DNA of 64,000 nucleotides from Ructibacterium sp. (GTDB taxonomy: Bacteria; Bacillota; Clostridia; Monoglobales; Monoglobaceae), in assembly GCA_045603605.1 (NCBI GenBank), contig JAZUMJ010000150.1, positions 718 through 64,717 of the forward strand, in the 5' to 3' direction. Below the pieces are notes generated by a model. That model searched no databases and was not told the origin of the DNA. It saw only the letters and a program-made list of their open reading frames with translations. The translations under genes were made by a program, and so were the position numbers. How positions within the stretch are numbered: position 1 is the first letter of the stretch; the number at the start of each line of letters is the position of its first letter. Shown here one piece after another: positions 54,763 through 63,680 of this stretch.

Positions 54763-54990
54763 TTAATATTCTCTTAAATCAGATTCATTATAACCATAAC
54801 TTCTTGCCTTAGTAATTGCCTGTTTTTTATTTCTTGCTGTAATCTGTTTCATGCCTAACTTTGGATCATAAAATGTGTAAGTTCTGGATTCATACTGTTC
54901 TCCAGCCACTTCTTTTCCCCTTGAACCCTGAGTTTTTGAACTCACCTTATTATTTGAATATTTACCGCCTCTTCGTCCTTTTTCTGCCAT
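54763..54990 (-). CDS. Small basic protein with Gly/Arg leader (MAEKGRRGG)
   Basis: Coupled downstream of a DUF4417 gene. Confidence 0.65.
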   Translation of the reverse strand: MAEKGRRGGKYSNNKVSSKTQGSRGKEVAGEQYESRTYTFYDPKLGMKQITARNKKQAITKARSYGYNESDLREY

Positions 54991-55646
54991 TATATCACCA
55001 CCTTTGTACTTATCATTTTCTTATATACAATATTACCGCCTAAATCATTTGACAAATCTTTTCCGTATAACAATATAGCTTTCGGTTCAAGTTTGTCTAA
55101 AATTCTATTCCATATTTCTTTTATAACTCTGTATTTGCCCCATCGACCTTCACCCATTGTTGATGTAGCTATTATACTATGTTTTGGCATTCCATCACAA
55201 CATATATCAAACAAATCTAAATTACCAAATGTAAATGTCGGAATTACTCTTATTCCATGTTCTTGCCAATATCTCGCACACCAATGATTTCTATACATAT
55301 TGTACATCTGTAATACTTTTGGCATATCAGCATAAGGAGAAAAATCTGGAGATAATACAAACTTAAATTTTTTAAGTACCTCAATATATCTATCAGGATA
55401 TTTCCAAACTCTTTCAAACTGATAATCATGTAAAAAGAAGTGACAGGCAATTCTCTCTGGATGTTTCTCTGTTAATGCAAAATTAAATCCTTGTAATGGC
55501 GTTTCTGCCAATTCTTTCTCTGAAATATCAACGGGTAATATTTCAGGCATATCAAATTCACCCACCCCGTCAAATTGAGCAAAGGATAAATTTAATATAT
55601 TTTGTTCAAGTATTCGTGTTTGCTCTTTTCCGCCATCCCAAATCAT
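54990..55646 (-). CDS. DUF4417 family protein, copy 2
   Basis: HFFLHDYQFERVW..P, SPDFS.Y.D.P..LQ.YN.YR, YWQ..G..VIPT. Confidence 0.88.
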   Translation of the reverse strand: MIWDGGKEQTRILEQNILNLSFAQFDGVGEFDMPEILPVDISEKELAETPLQGFNFALTEKHPERIACHFFLHDYQFERVWKYPDRYIEVLKKFKFVLSPDFSPYADMPKVLQMYNMYRNHWCARYWQEHGIRVIPTFTFGNLDLFDICCDGMPKHSIIATSTMGEGRWGKYRVIKEIWNRILDKLEPKAILLYGKDLSNDLGGNIVYKKMISTKVVI

Positions 55647-55652
55647 ATTATA

Positions 55653-56069
55653 TTACTTCCATTTCCAAAATTCTTTATTTTGTGCGTAACTATAATTTAA
55701 TCCTCTTTGCATTGCATCCAACGCTAATCTTCGTTTACGTAATTCTTCTTTACTCCTTAATTTAAATTTCTCATCCATATCTAAATGTTTATATTCTGAA
55801 TTTATTTTGGCCTGCACACCTCTCAATGTCCGTATTGATACATAACCGTGTTCGCCAAAATCTATATGAAAGGATAAGTTTCTATCTTTATCATCCCAAG
55901 TATCAATATATCGTCTTGCATCATAATATGTGGAACTAAATGCTTTTTCTGCAACCTGTGTAATTTTCATTCTCGGAGTCGGCTGTAATTTAGGAATTAA
56001 TTTAATTCCTCTACGTATATTGTTTGTATTTATTGATTTTCCATTAGTTTCACTGCCCCTACCGCCCAT
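55653..56069 (-). CDS. MGGRG-leader protein with unknown basic domain
   Basis: N-terminus MGGRGSETNG. Confidence 0.75.
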   Translation of the reverse strand: MGGRGSETNGKSINTNNIRRGIKLIPKLQPTPRMKITQVAEKAFSSTYYDARRYIDTWDDKDRNLSFHIDFGEHGYVSIRTLRGVQAKINSEYKHLDMDEKFKLRSKEELRKRRLALDAMQRGLNYSYAQNKEFWKWK

Positions 56070-56071
56070 AT

Positions 56072-56608
56072 TTAATTACCTTTAAGATATACATACCAAA
56101 TTCCATCACGTTTCTTTTTTTGTAAGACCTTATAATTATTAGAATTTCTTGCTAAAACCTCGTTCATACTCCCCTCAGTTTCTTGTAAAAATCTCGCATT
56201 TTTAACATTTTGAGTAACTAATACAACAGGCGTTGTGTTTTCTCTTATAGATGTTGTATAATCTTGCGCTACAGCTAAATCCGTAGTAAACGATACATGA
56301 CGTTGTTTATCTCCAGCTTTAACAATGCTACCTTCTTTAAATCTTTGCTCCACTTCTTTATCAGAAGCAAGTTCTATCCCTCGATACACAGTTCCTTGAT
56401 AAATATGTCCCTTTACATATTCATCTAATCTTTTGGTCATGAACTTAAATCTCGATGTTCCTGGTTCTGGAGGGTCCATAGTCCAATCAAATATCACATC
56501 TGTAATATCCGCATAATACTCTGATAAAGTTGGTCCACCTGGATACACTCTTTCAAGTCCGATACGTTTATTTAAATTTCCACCCGATTCCCCGCTTCTT
56601 CCACCCAT
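56072..56608 (-). CDS. MGGR-leader ADP-ribosyltransferase (R-S-E class)
   Basis: N-terminus MGGRSGESGG; VYRG, VSFTTD, NEVL motifs. Confidence 0.75.
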   Translation of the reverse strand: MGGRSGESGGNLNKRIGLERVYPGGPTLSEYYADITDVIFDWTMDPPEPGTSRFKFMTKRLDEYVKGHIYQGTVYRGIELASDKEVEQRFKEGSIVKAGDKQRHVSFTTDLAVAQDYTTSIRENTTPVVLVTQNVKNARFLQETEGSMNEVLARNSNNYKVLQKKKRDGIWYVYLKGN

Positions 56609-56611
56609 CTA

Positions 56612-57235
56612 TTACTTCTCCACAGTATCAATTACTCTATTTGTATATTGAATATATCTCACGTTACCGGGATATTCTTTATTAATATTATGAGTATAAA
56701 ATAATATTTTACTCGGCTGTAATCTTTGTAACATTTCAGTGTAGCCCACATTAAATGCTTCCGCTACTTCTTTATTTCTAACACAACCAACATCACTAAC
56801 TGCTACAACTCCACCTACGGGTTCTCCGTCAAAACACCATTCAAAACTATCAGGTGTACTCCATGTTATTGTGGGTATTACAGTTATCCCATTTTCTTGC
56901 CAATATGCTGCCAGCCAGTGTTTTCGGTAATTATTATAAATCTGTACTGCAAGAGGAAAATCCGTATACATGGAGAAATCTGGACTTAAAATACAGTTAA
57001 ATCTGGAAAGATATTTAATATACTTATCAGGAGTATTCCAAACACGTTCAAACTGATAATCATGTAAAAAGAAGTGTACTCCTATATCTTCCTGATTTTT
57101 TACATCATAAGATTTAACATGGTTAAATCCTAACCAATTTTTAGCGTCACAAGAATAAACGGGTTTAATTTCAGGAATATCATATTTCCCTACGCCATCA
57201 AACATTCGTTTTTCTAAATTACAAAATTGCGGCAC
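56612..57235 (-). CDS. DUF4417 family protein, copy 1
   Basis: HFFLHDYQFERVW, SPDFSMYTD.P.A.QIYN.YR, IPT.TW...SFEWCFDG.P. Confidence 0.9.
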   Translation of the reverse strand: MPQFCNLEKRMFDGVGKYDIPEIKPVYSCDAKNWLGFNHVKSYDVKNQEDIGVHFFLHDYQFERVWNTPDKYIKYLSRFNCILSPDFSMYTDFPLAVQIYNNYRKHWLAAYWQENGITVIPTITWSTPDSFEWCFDGEPVGGVVAVSDVGCVRNKEVAEAFNVGYTEMLQRLQPSKILFYTHNINKEYPGNVRYIQYTNRVIDTVEK

Positions 57236-57872
57236 TTAATTTTTTCTCCAACTCATTTACAAGATACTCGTCTTGCCACAGTAATGACCTAATCTTTCGT
57301 CCTCGTTTATTGCTATTAACTGTTCCGCCTATTAAATAGTCTATGTGGTCTACGATATTTGGATTTAAATTGATTGCTGTATTTCGGTAATTTTGAAATA
57401 CATACTGCCTGAAACACCAATCATCGTTTACGCCGCCTTCCCAATATGTCCTATATACCGGATTTCCTATCATCTGACTTTCTATCCATTGTATACAGTC
57501 CTTAAATAACTTGTTTGGTATTCGTATACAAGGAAATGAAAACCACATTTGCTTCACGCCTACTAATCCCGCTTGTGTCTTACCATCGTACTCGCTCTTA
57601 AATCCACAAACAATTCCATCATCGAATTTATCTGTGACCTCTGCAAAATCATGGCTTATAATTACATCATCCTGCATATGCCACGTTCCGCCGGTATCGT
57701 CTTTTAGACATTCTGCCGACCGTATAAAGGCTTTTAAATTCCCTTCGTGCTTCTCGTCTGTGTAAACGGCTATATTCGCTCTATCAATACCTTGATCCAT
57801 CATAGACGGAATTAGATACTGATTAACATACCACATCCTGCTTGGTACTGCGTGAATTAAATAGTTAGCCAT
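57219..57872 (-). CDS. GT-A-like glycosyltransferase
   Basis: IHA.P.R, WHMQDDV (DxD), PNIVDH. Confidence 0.65.
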   Translation of the reverse strand: MANYLIHAVPSRMWYVNQYLIPSMMDQGIDRANIAVYTDEKHEGNLKAFIRSAECLKDDTGGTWHMQDDVIISHDFAEVTDKFDDGIVCGFKSEYDGKTQAGLVGVKQMWFSFPCIRIPNKLFKDCIQWIESQMIGNPVYRTYWEGGVNDDWCFRQYVFQNYRNTAINLNPNIVDHIDYLIGGTVNSNKRGRKIRSLLWQDEYLVNELEKKLSAAIL

Positions 57873-57876
57873 CTAC

Positions 57877-58470
57877 TCACCCCTTACGCATATTAGCTGT
57901 AATACTACCATCACGCATAAAATTGTAATAATACATAGGCATATCCCAATCAAGCACTTTGGGCTGCTTTTTAAACACCTCATTATGGAAATACACATCA
58001 GATTCAGCATATATATTCGGAAATCTTATATCGCCTATAAATTTACGACGCCAACACTTATTCCAAACTGCTATCCATCGACCACCGTTATTCCCCGTAG
58101 GCGTAGCGTATTTCCAATATCTAAATATAAAAGAAAAACATAAAATATCCAATCCCGGATTCTGATTGAGTTTTCTATCTATCTGGTCAAGTACATATTC
58201 ATGCAACCACCAATCATCGTCGTCCATGAATAATAAATATTCGCCAGTCGCAACATCTATGCCTTTATTACGAGTTAATCCGTCATTATGATAATTAACA
58301 ATTTCAATATTAGCGCCGTAACTTTTGGCGATATCCTCCGTGCTATCAGTACAACTATCGCATACAACAATTAATTCATAATCCGTAAATGTTTGGGATT
58401 TAATACTGTCTAATGCTTTTCTTATATGATTCTCCGCATTATACGCTGGTATAATTATACTAAATCTCAA
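57877..58470 (-). CDS. GT2 family glycosyltransferase
   Basis: SIIIPAYNAE, DSCTDST, RNKG...GEYLLFMDDDD. Confidence 0.92.
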   Translation of the reverse strand: MRFSIIIPAYNAENHIRKALDSIKSQTFTDYELIVVCDSCTDSTEDIAKSYGANIEIVNYHNDGLTRNKGIDVATGEYLLFMDDDDWWLHEYVLDQIDRKLNQNPGLDILCFSFIFRYWKYATPTGNNGGRWIAVWNKCWRRKFIGDIRFPNIYAESDVYFHNEVFKKQPKVLDWDMPMYYYNFMRDGSITANMRKG

Positions 58471-59401
58471 TTAATCTACCTCTTAATCGTTCAACCAACA
58501 TATCTACGCCATCTTTAAACGCTGAAAATTCCTTTATGATTGTTTTACGATATTTTTCAAATTTACCAATGTGGTCTTTATAATTACTTAATATATATGT
58601 AACACATTCAGTAATAGCTGGAATTAGTTTATAATCCTTGTCAAATTTATACTTATTTGGAATATTTACGTCATTCAGTCTCGCACTACCATTCTTGCCT
58701 GTAATCACGCAACAACCGCATAACGCCGCTTCTCTTGGAATTCTATCTTTTCCAGGATGGTTACCAAAATCAATATAAAGCATACTCCTTGACATTACAT
58801 CAATCATTTGTGAAACCGTCATATTTTTAAGTGCTATTTTTTCCGCTGATATTGAATTTAGTAAATCAACGGTAAATGTATTGGTCTTGGCTGGGTTATA
58901 TAAAATAATAGGTTCCCTATCAACCATAGAATTTTTATATCCCTTTGCAGTTAAAAACTGTTCATTCAGACAATCGGTAAGATATAATACATTCTGAGGA
59001 TTTATACCTGCAGCATTAGCTATTGTCAATAAAAATTCTTCTGCGTAATGTGATTGGGCAAGGTGTAATGTGGTTCGAGGAAATATAAACCATTTATCCT
59101 TTGAAACATGACGAAAATAATTATCCACACTCTCCCAATAAATGACCGTTATATGTTCTTTATACTGATTTGCTTTGTACGCCCAAATTTCTGGAAATAT
59201 GAGTATAGAATCTTGAGACGGTTCAAACGTATAATCATTATTATATACGGCATATTCTTCTGGCTGTGGATTTGTAAATGTGGGACGATACCACATTTTT
59301 GCTACAATATCATCATATGTATTCAATTGGTTACAAAGTTGATGTAATAATTCAACTCCACCTGTTACAACATTATTTGGACATGCTATGCAAATATTCA
59401 T
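58460..59401 (-). CDS. GT-B fold glycosyltransferase
   Basis: TGGVELLHQL, YNP.K, YIDFG.HPGKDRIPREAALCGC. Confidence 0.8.
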   Translation of the reverse strand: MNICIACPNNVVTGGVELLHQLCNQLNTYDDIVAKMWYRPTFTNPQPEEYAVYNNDYTFEPSQDSILIFPEIWAYKANQYKEHITVIYWESVDNYFRHVSKDKWFIFPRTTLHLAQSHYAEEFLLTIANAAGINPQNVLYLTDCLNEQFLTAKGYKNSMVDREPIILYNPAKTNTFTVDLLNSISAEKIALKNMTVSQMIDVMSRSMLYIDFGNHPGKDRIPREAALCGCCVITGKNGSARLNDVNIPNKYKFDKDYKLIPAITECVTYILSNYKDHIGKFEKYRKTIIKEFSAFKDGVDMLVERLRGRLIEI

Positions 59402-59402
59402 T

Positions 59403-60719
59403 TTAATTACCTCGTCTATTTGCGTATCTCTCTAATGCATACCTTACAGCATCAATGCTGTGGTTATTTTCATCAGGATAATCAGAAATAAAATTGCCAT
59501 CCTTATCTTTTGTATACTCATACTGAGTAAATTCCCTAAATGTATCTGGGCACCTTCTTTTATCAATATAAATATTTCTTAAACCTTGTAACCATTTAAT
59601 TCCGTATCGAATACTGTCAGGTCCTTTTGAAGCAGGCTTTATAAATGCTCCAAATGTTTTAAAGTCAGCAACAGATTTAGGTTCAGCACTATCAGCAATT
59701 ACAAGATGTTCCTTATCTGCTATCTTTAATTCCTCATATAATTCTCTGTATATGACCTTATTACGTTTTCTATAGGCACTGTATTCTTCAAAGATATATA
59801 AATCAAGTCTTGTCCTATCAAAATGACATTTTACAAATCGGAACGGATCAAGAGCAAATCCCCAGTCTATACCGCAATAGATATGGTCAAATGTTTGATA
59901 CATCGGGACTTTATTAACAACATTACCATAAGCATCTGTAATGTCGATTAATTGTTGCATATCCAAATCACTTGCGTTATCAAATACATCACCACCCGTA
60001 CCTACTGCAATTCCCATATACTCATGTTCGTAAGCACGTGGATTTATTTGTTTTAATTCTTCCGCCTCATTAATAAATTCACTACCTAACCATTCGGGAG
60101 GAACATCTAAATAAGTATTTCTGACAATTAAGGTATTGTGCTCTCTGTATACCTCACAATCTTCCGCATACTCATTAGCCCAATTATTTTTACTGATTGG
60201 CGGGTTAAATGTTCTAAAATCCCAAAATTTTTCACCGCCACGCATGGTAGACTGTGTAACAGTTCTTAATTCATTTTCACCTGCATACTGGTCTAATTCT
60301 TCAAACCACGTAATTCCTATATATCCAAATTCAGGCTTAACAGATTTTACTTTCATAGGATCATCTAAGCCCATGAAATAAATTTTTTGTCCGGTTGGTA
60401 AATATACGATAGGGGTACTGTATGTTTTTGGAATTTTAAATAATGAATCTAATCCTAATTGATAAATTGCCCAAACAATCTGAGAAAAAATACTATTTTG
60501 AATAGTGTTGGCAACTTTTCTAAAACATACTGCATGAACATTAGGATTATCTATAATAATAAGAGGTATTGCTTCACTGACAAATGATGATTTTGTCGAG
60601 CCGCGACCTCCCGGAAATACATAATGAACATGTTTATGTTCCAATATATCATCTAAGGTATCATAATACATTGGAATTATACAATCTTTTAAATTTATGG
60701 TTACCTCAGAACCTTCCAT
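59403..60719 (-). CDS. terL: Terminase large subunit (PBSX-type)
   Basis: GGRGSTKSS, WFEE, FNPP, GIDWG...DP, ADSAEP, NHSIDAVRY. Confidence 0.96.
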   Translation of the reverse strand: MEGSEVTINLKDCIIPMYYDTLDDILEHKHVHYVFPGGRGSTKSSFVSEAIPLIIIDNPNVHAVCFRKVANTIQNSIFSQIVWAIYQLGLDSLFKIPKTYSTPIVYLPTGQKIYFMGLDDPMKVKSVKPEFGYIGITWFEELDQYAGENELRTVTQSTMRGGEKFWDFRTFNPPISKNNWANEYAEDCEVYREHNTLIVRNTYLDVPPEWLGSEFINEAEELKQINPRAYEHEYMGIAVGTGGDVFDNASDLDMQQLIDITDAYGNVVNKVPMYQTFDHIYCGIDWGFALDPFRFVKCHFDRTRLDLYIFEEYSAYRKRNKVIYRELYEELKIADKEHLVIADSAEPKSVADFKTFGAFIKPASKGPDSIRYGIKWLQGLRNIYIDKRRCPDTFREFTQYEYTKDKDGNFISDYPDENNHSIDAVRYALERYANRRGN

Positions 60720-61030
60720 TATTTTCCTTCTATATCAGCTACTTTATTCCATAATGTTTTTACATCACGTTCAAGTATAACGACTCTTTTATCCATATCT
60801 GTTACTTGAGTTTGCATAGCTTTAATATCAGTTCGAGTTTCTTGTGTTGTAGTACATACTTGGTCTAATTTCATATTGACCTTAAGTAATGATTCCTTAA
60901 TGCCGTCAAATTTTAGTGCATCTTCCGTTACAGTCTCTTCTGTATCCTTTTTCCTGTTAATAATAAATACAATTACATTTAAAATACAGGCAATTCCTGA
61001 TATAATTACTGCTATTATTGATGTCGCCAT
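60719..61030 (-). CDS. Single-TM plus coiled-coil protein (holin/XhlA-like)
   Basis: N-terminal hydrophobic helix, LKVNMKLD...RV..LE. Confidence 0.6.
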   Translation of the reverse strand: MATSIIAVIISGIACILNVIVFIINRKKDTEETVTEDALKFDGIKESLLKVNMKLDQVCTTTQETRTDIKAMQTQVTDMDKRVVILERDVKTLWNKVADIEGK

Positions 61031-61067
61031 TCGTAAGTCCTCTTATTATTAATTCTCAAAACAACAA

Positions 61068-61140
61068 TGGCGGGAGTAGGATTTGAACCTACGACTACTG
61101 GTGTATGAAACCAGTCTGCTGACCTCTGCATCATCCCGCT
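61068..61140 (-). tRNA. tRNA with CAT anticodon (Met, initiator-like acceptor)
   Basis: AGCGGGA/TCCCGCC with A1:C72 mismatch, CTGGT-TTCATAC-ACCAG, GTAGG-TTCAAAT-CCTAC, A73; short D loop. Confidence 0.8.
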
Positions 61141-61144
61141 TTAT

Positions 61145-61250
61145 ATTTTGCGATTTAAGCGTTTTTTATACGCTATATGATAAATTATACACGTTTAATA
61201 TAAAAGTCTGTTAAAACGCAAATTAAACGCATTTCAGCGCATTTTAAAAT
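61145..61250. repeat. Degenerate copy of the periodic element at 7439-7548
   Basis: TAAGCG.TTTT...TTTAATATAAAA.TCTGTTA...CAAATT...GCATTTTA.AAT aligns with copy 1. Confidence 0.7.
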
Positions 61251-61255
61251 AACTA

Positions 61256-61771
61256 TTAGTCACGAATTAATCTAATACTTACAACATTAGAGTCCAACGC
61301 ATCCTGACGCAACTTTTCTTTAATATCCAAATCAGCAGTTCTTTTCGCAATTTCTACAGCTGCCTTTGTTCTTTCAGACAAGGGAGCATCAAGTCCGAAC
61401 TGGTCTTTTATTTCACCTCTTGCAACTGCGGTAAAGTATTGCATTACTTCTCTCGCATCCATTATTGTATTATCTCTTATTTCATCCATAACTTTCTTCA
61501 ACTCCGCTTGTACATTTGCTTGCTGTAATACCGTAAGTCCAGTATTTCTATATCCAGCTTTACTTGTTCGTTTAACACCTATTTTCTCTATTGCTGTTGC
61601 AGGATCCCCGGTTTTTACATACTCCTCAAGAAATTTTCTCTCTAAAATATTAAGAGGTGTATTTTCATTAAACGGATACCTGTTTGTGCATAGAGGTCTA
61701 CTTGCTTTCGGTATTAAAGGACGTTTCGGTTTTGATTTATATTTATGTTTCGCTACTGGTAAATTGCCCAT
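61256..61771 (-). CDS. terS: Terminase small subunit
   Basis: KFLEEY...AI, IMDAREV..YFT.V.RGE.KDQFGLD...RTKAA. Confidence 0.88.
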   Translation of the reverse strand: MGNLPVAKHKYKSKPKRPLIPKASRPLCTNRYPFNENTPLNILERKFLEEYVKTGDPATAIEKIGVKRTSKAGYRNTGLTVLQQANVQAELKKVMDEIRDNTIMDAREVMQYFTAVARGEIKDQFGLDAPLSERTKAAVEIAKRTADLDIKEKLRQDALDSNVVSIRLIRD

Positions 61772-62129
61772 ATTTATTCAACTCACCTTTTGTCGGATCA
61801 ATACTGCTTGGTTTCTGCGTTTGCTTATATTCCAGTTTCAGTTGTTCCCATACAGGATTATCTGTCGGAAGTTCAAACCCATTTAACTCATACCATAAAT
61901 CTCTCATGAATAGCAAAAGCTGAATCTGGGAATATGTAACAAACAAATCAGTGGTAACATTTTTTTGTTTGGCTTCATTGTAAACTGATTGTTTAACGGA
62001 GTATACGTTTATGGCTGTATTTTTCTCATTATGAAACCACTGATTTGTGTTTATCAATAAATTGATATTGTATTTCTGTTTGATGGCAGTTTGTAATTTA
62101 CGAGCCATCTTCATAAAGTTTCCAGCCAT
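61743..62129 (-). CDS. Hypothetical protein
   Basis: GGAG RBS; overlaps terS. Confidence 0.7.
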   Translation of the reverse strand: MAGNFMKMARKLQTAIKQKYNINLLINTNQWFHNEKNTAINVYSVKQSVYNEAKQKNVTTDLFVTYSQIQLLLFMRDLWYELNGFELPTDNPVWEQLKLEYKQTQKPSSIDPTKGELNKYGQFTSSET

Positions 62130-62162
62130 TAACGCCTTCTCCTGCGCCTTGTTGCTCTGCGT

Positions 62163-62411
62163 TTACGGGTTACTGTAATCTTCGCCATTATTAATCACCC
62201 CATTCAAATCCTTTCCAACATAATTTGCATTTCCAGTATCATTTTCGATAGTAACAACCTCTTCTTCTACAGGTAAACTTATATACCATAAAAATGCTCC
62301 AATGGTACAAAGTTCTACAGCGACCATGATAACGAAAGCGATAAACCAGCGTTTGCAATTCTGTTTTAATTCATGTAATAATTCGGTTGCTAAAGTAGTG
62401 GTTTCATTCAT
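62163..62411 (-). CDS. Single-TM membrane protein
   Basis: WFIAFVIMVAVELCTIGAFLWY. Confidence 0.7.
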   Translation of the reverse strand: MNETTTLATELLHELKQNCKRWFIAFVIMVAVELCTIGAFLWYISLPVEEEVVTIENDTGNANYVGKDLNGVINNGEDYSNP

Positions 62412-62450
62412 AATTTTATCCTCATTTATAACTGATTTTTAGTTAATTAA

Positions 62451-62479
62451 ATTGTAATAGTTTTGTTAAAAGTTGTCAA
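62451..62479 (-). promoter_or_regulatory. sigmaA-type promoter at the head of the packaging operon
   Basis: TTGACA-N17-TACAAT. Confidence 0.7.
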
Positions 62480-62757
62480 TAAACAATTCTGCGCCCATAT
62501 ATAGTAAAAATATGGACTAAAAAAATTCAGGTTCGGGAAAACGGTTATTCTGTCAGCACGTCCCCTTTAAAACAGTATCCCCCTGTCTCCCAAGCCTCCC
62601 CATGATATACAAAATTCCCCGTTATAAAAAATCGACCCTATGTATCAGCAAATTAGATACAAGTAGACACGGAAGGTCTCTGCTGTGGGAGCGTCAAAAA
62701 ATAGTGGTATTGGTCGCTGTGAGTGCGCCTACACGTGACGGTTAAACAGTAGGGGTG

Positions 62758-62883
62758 TGCAGGTTGCACAAAACCGTTGATATTTTGCCCGTATGCCGAT
62801 TGTATATATTGCACAAAACCTCATTTTATACTGGAATACAAATTGCACAACGGAAGAGTGGTTAAATTATGCAGGTTGCACAA
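62758..62883. repeat. Four TTGCACAA direct repeats in a long non-coding region
   Basis: 62764, 62809, 62843, 62876; two extend to TGCAGGTTGCACAA. Confidence 0.8.
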
Positions 62884-63117
62884 TAGCAAGGATCCATATA
62901 GGGGGTTTCAAACCGGACTTTACCTGGTAAAATGGCGCCTTTTTGGCGGGAATTTTTGTTTTTCCAGCCATTTTCTGTATATACGTATCCTGTACATGCA
63001 GTATTTTATACTGGGTTTATATGTTACTATGATACCTATATATACTTAATTTATACGTGTATATGAATTGGTTGCATTTCCGTTTTCCATTCGTCTTTTC
63101 ACTCTCCCGGCGACAGC

Positions 63118-63155
63118 AAAAAAAAAGAGAAGAGCTTTTTGGCTCTTCTCTTTTT
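63118..63155 (-). terminator. Intrinsic terminator, probably bidirectional
   Basis: AAAAAGAGAAGAGC...GCTCTTCTCTTTTT. Confidence 0.85.
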
Positions 63156-63158
63156 ATA

Positions 63159-63680
63159 TCAAACTGCTTTCTTTTCAGGTGCTTTCTTCTCAGGCTTCTC
63201 AGATGCTTTTTTCTCGGCTTTCTTGGCTGCTTTCTTCTCAGATGCTTTCTTGGCCTTCTCAACTTCTCTGGCTTTCTTCTCAGATGCTTTCTTCTCTGCT
63301 GTCGTTGCGACCAGCTTCTCCAGGTCATTGATAATGCTTTTTAACATCTCATCGTCAAGATCGGCTCCTGTGATGTTAATATCTCTGCCATCAGATGTTA
63401 ATTTAACATCGAGTGTGACAGAATATTCACTGTGGATCGTATCTGTAAAATCGAGCTTATTCGTCTTGATACGATAGCCATTTCCTTTTGTGAGATATAC
63501 AGCACACAGGCGTGTCTTTTCGATTTTTACGCCTACTCCACCTGGTTTAACGTCTGTTAATGTGACGTTGTTTAGGTCTTTCAACAGTGACTTAATGGTG
63601 TCAAGTGTTCTAACTGCTTTGGTCTCTGCTGCGGCTGTCGCTGTGGCGTTCTGGCTCTGGTTAACATTCTTTTTTGACAT
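63159..63680 (-). CDS. Protein with a histone-H1-like Lys/Ala-rich tail
   Basis: EKKASEKKA / EKKAPEKKA repeats; AGGAGG RBS. Confidence 0.8.
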   Translation of the reverse strand: MSKKNVNQSQNATATAAAETKAVRTLDTIKSLLKDLNNVTLTDVKPGGVGVKIEKTRLCAVYLTKGNGYRIKTNKLDFTDTIHSEYSVTLDVKLTSDGRDINITGADLDDEMLKSIINDLEKLVATTAEKKASEKKAREVEKAKKASEKKAAKKAEKKASEKPEKKAPEKKAV

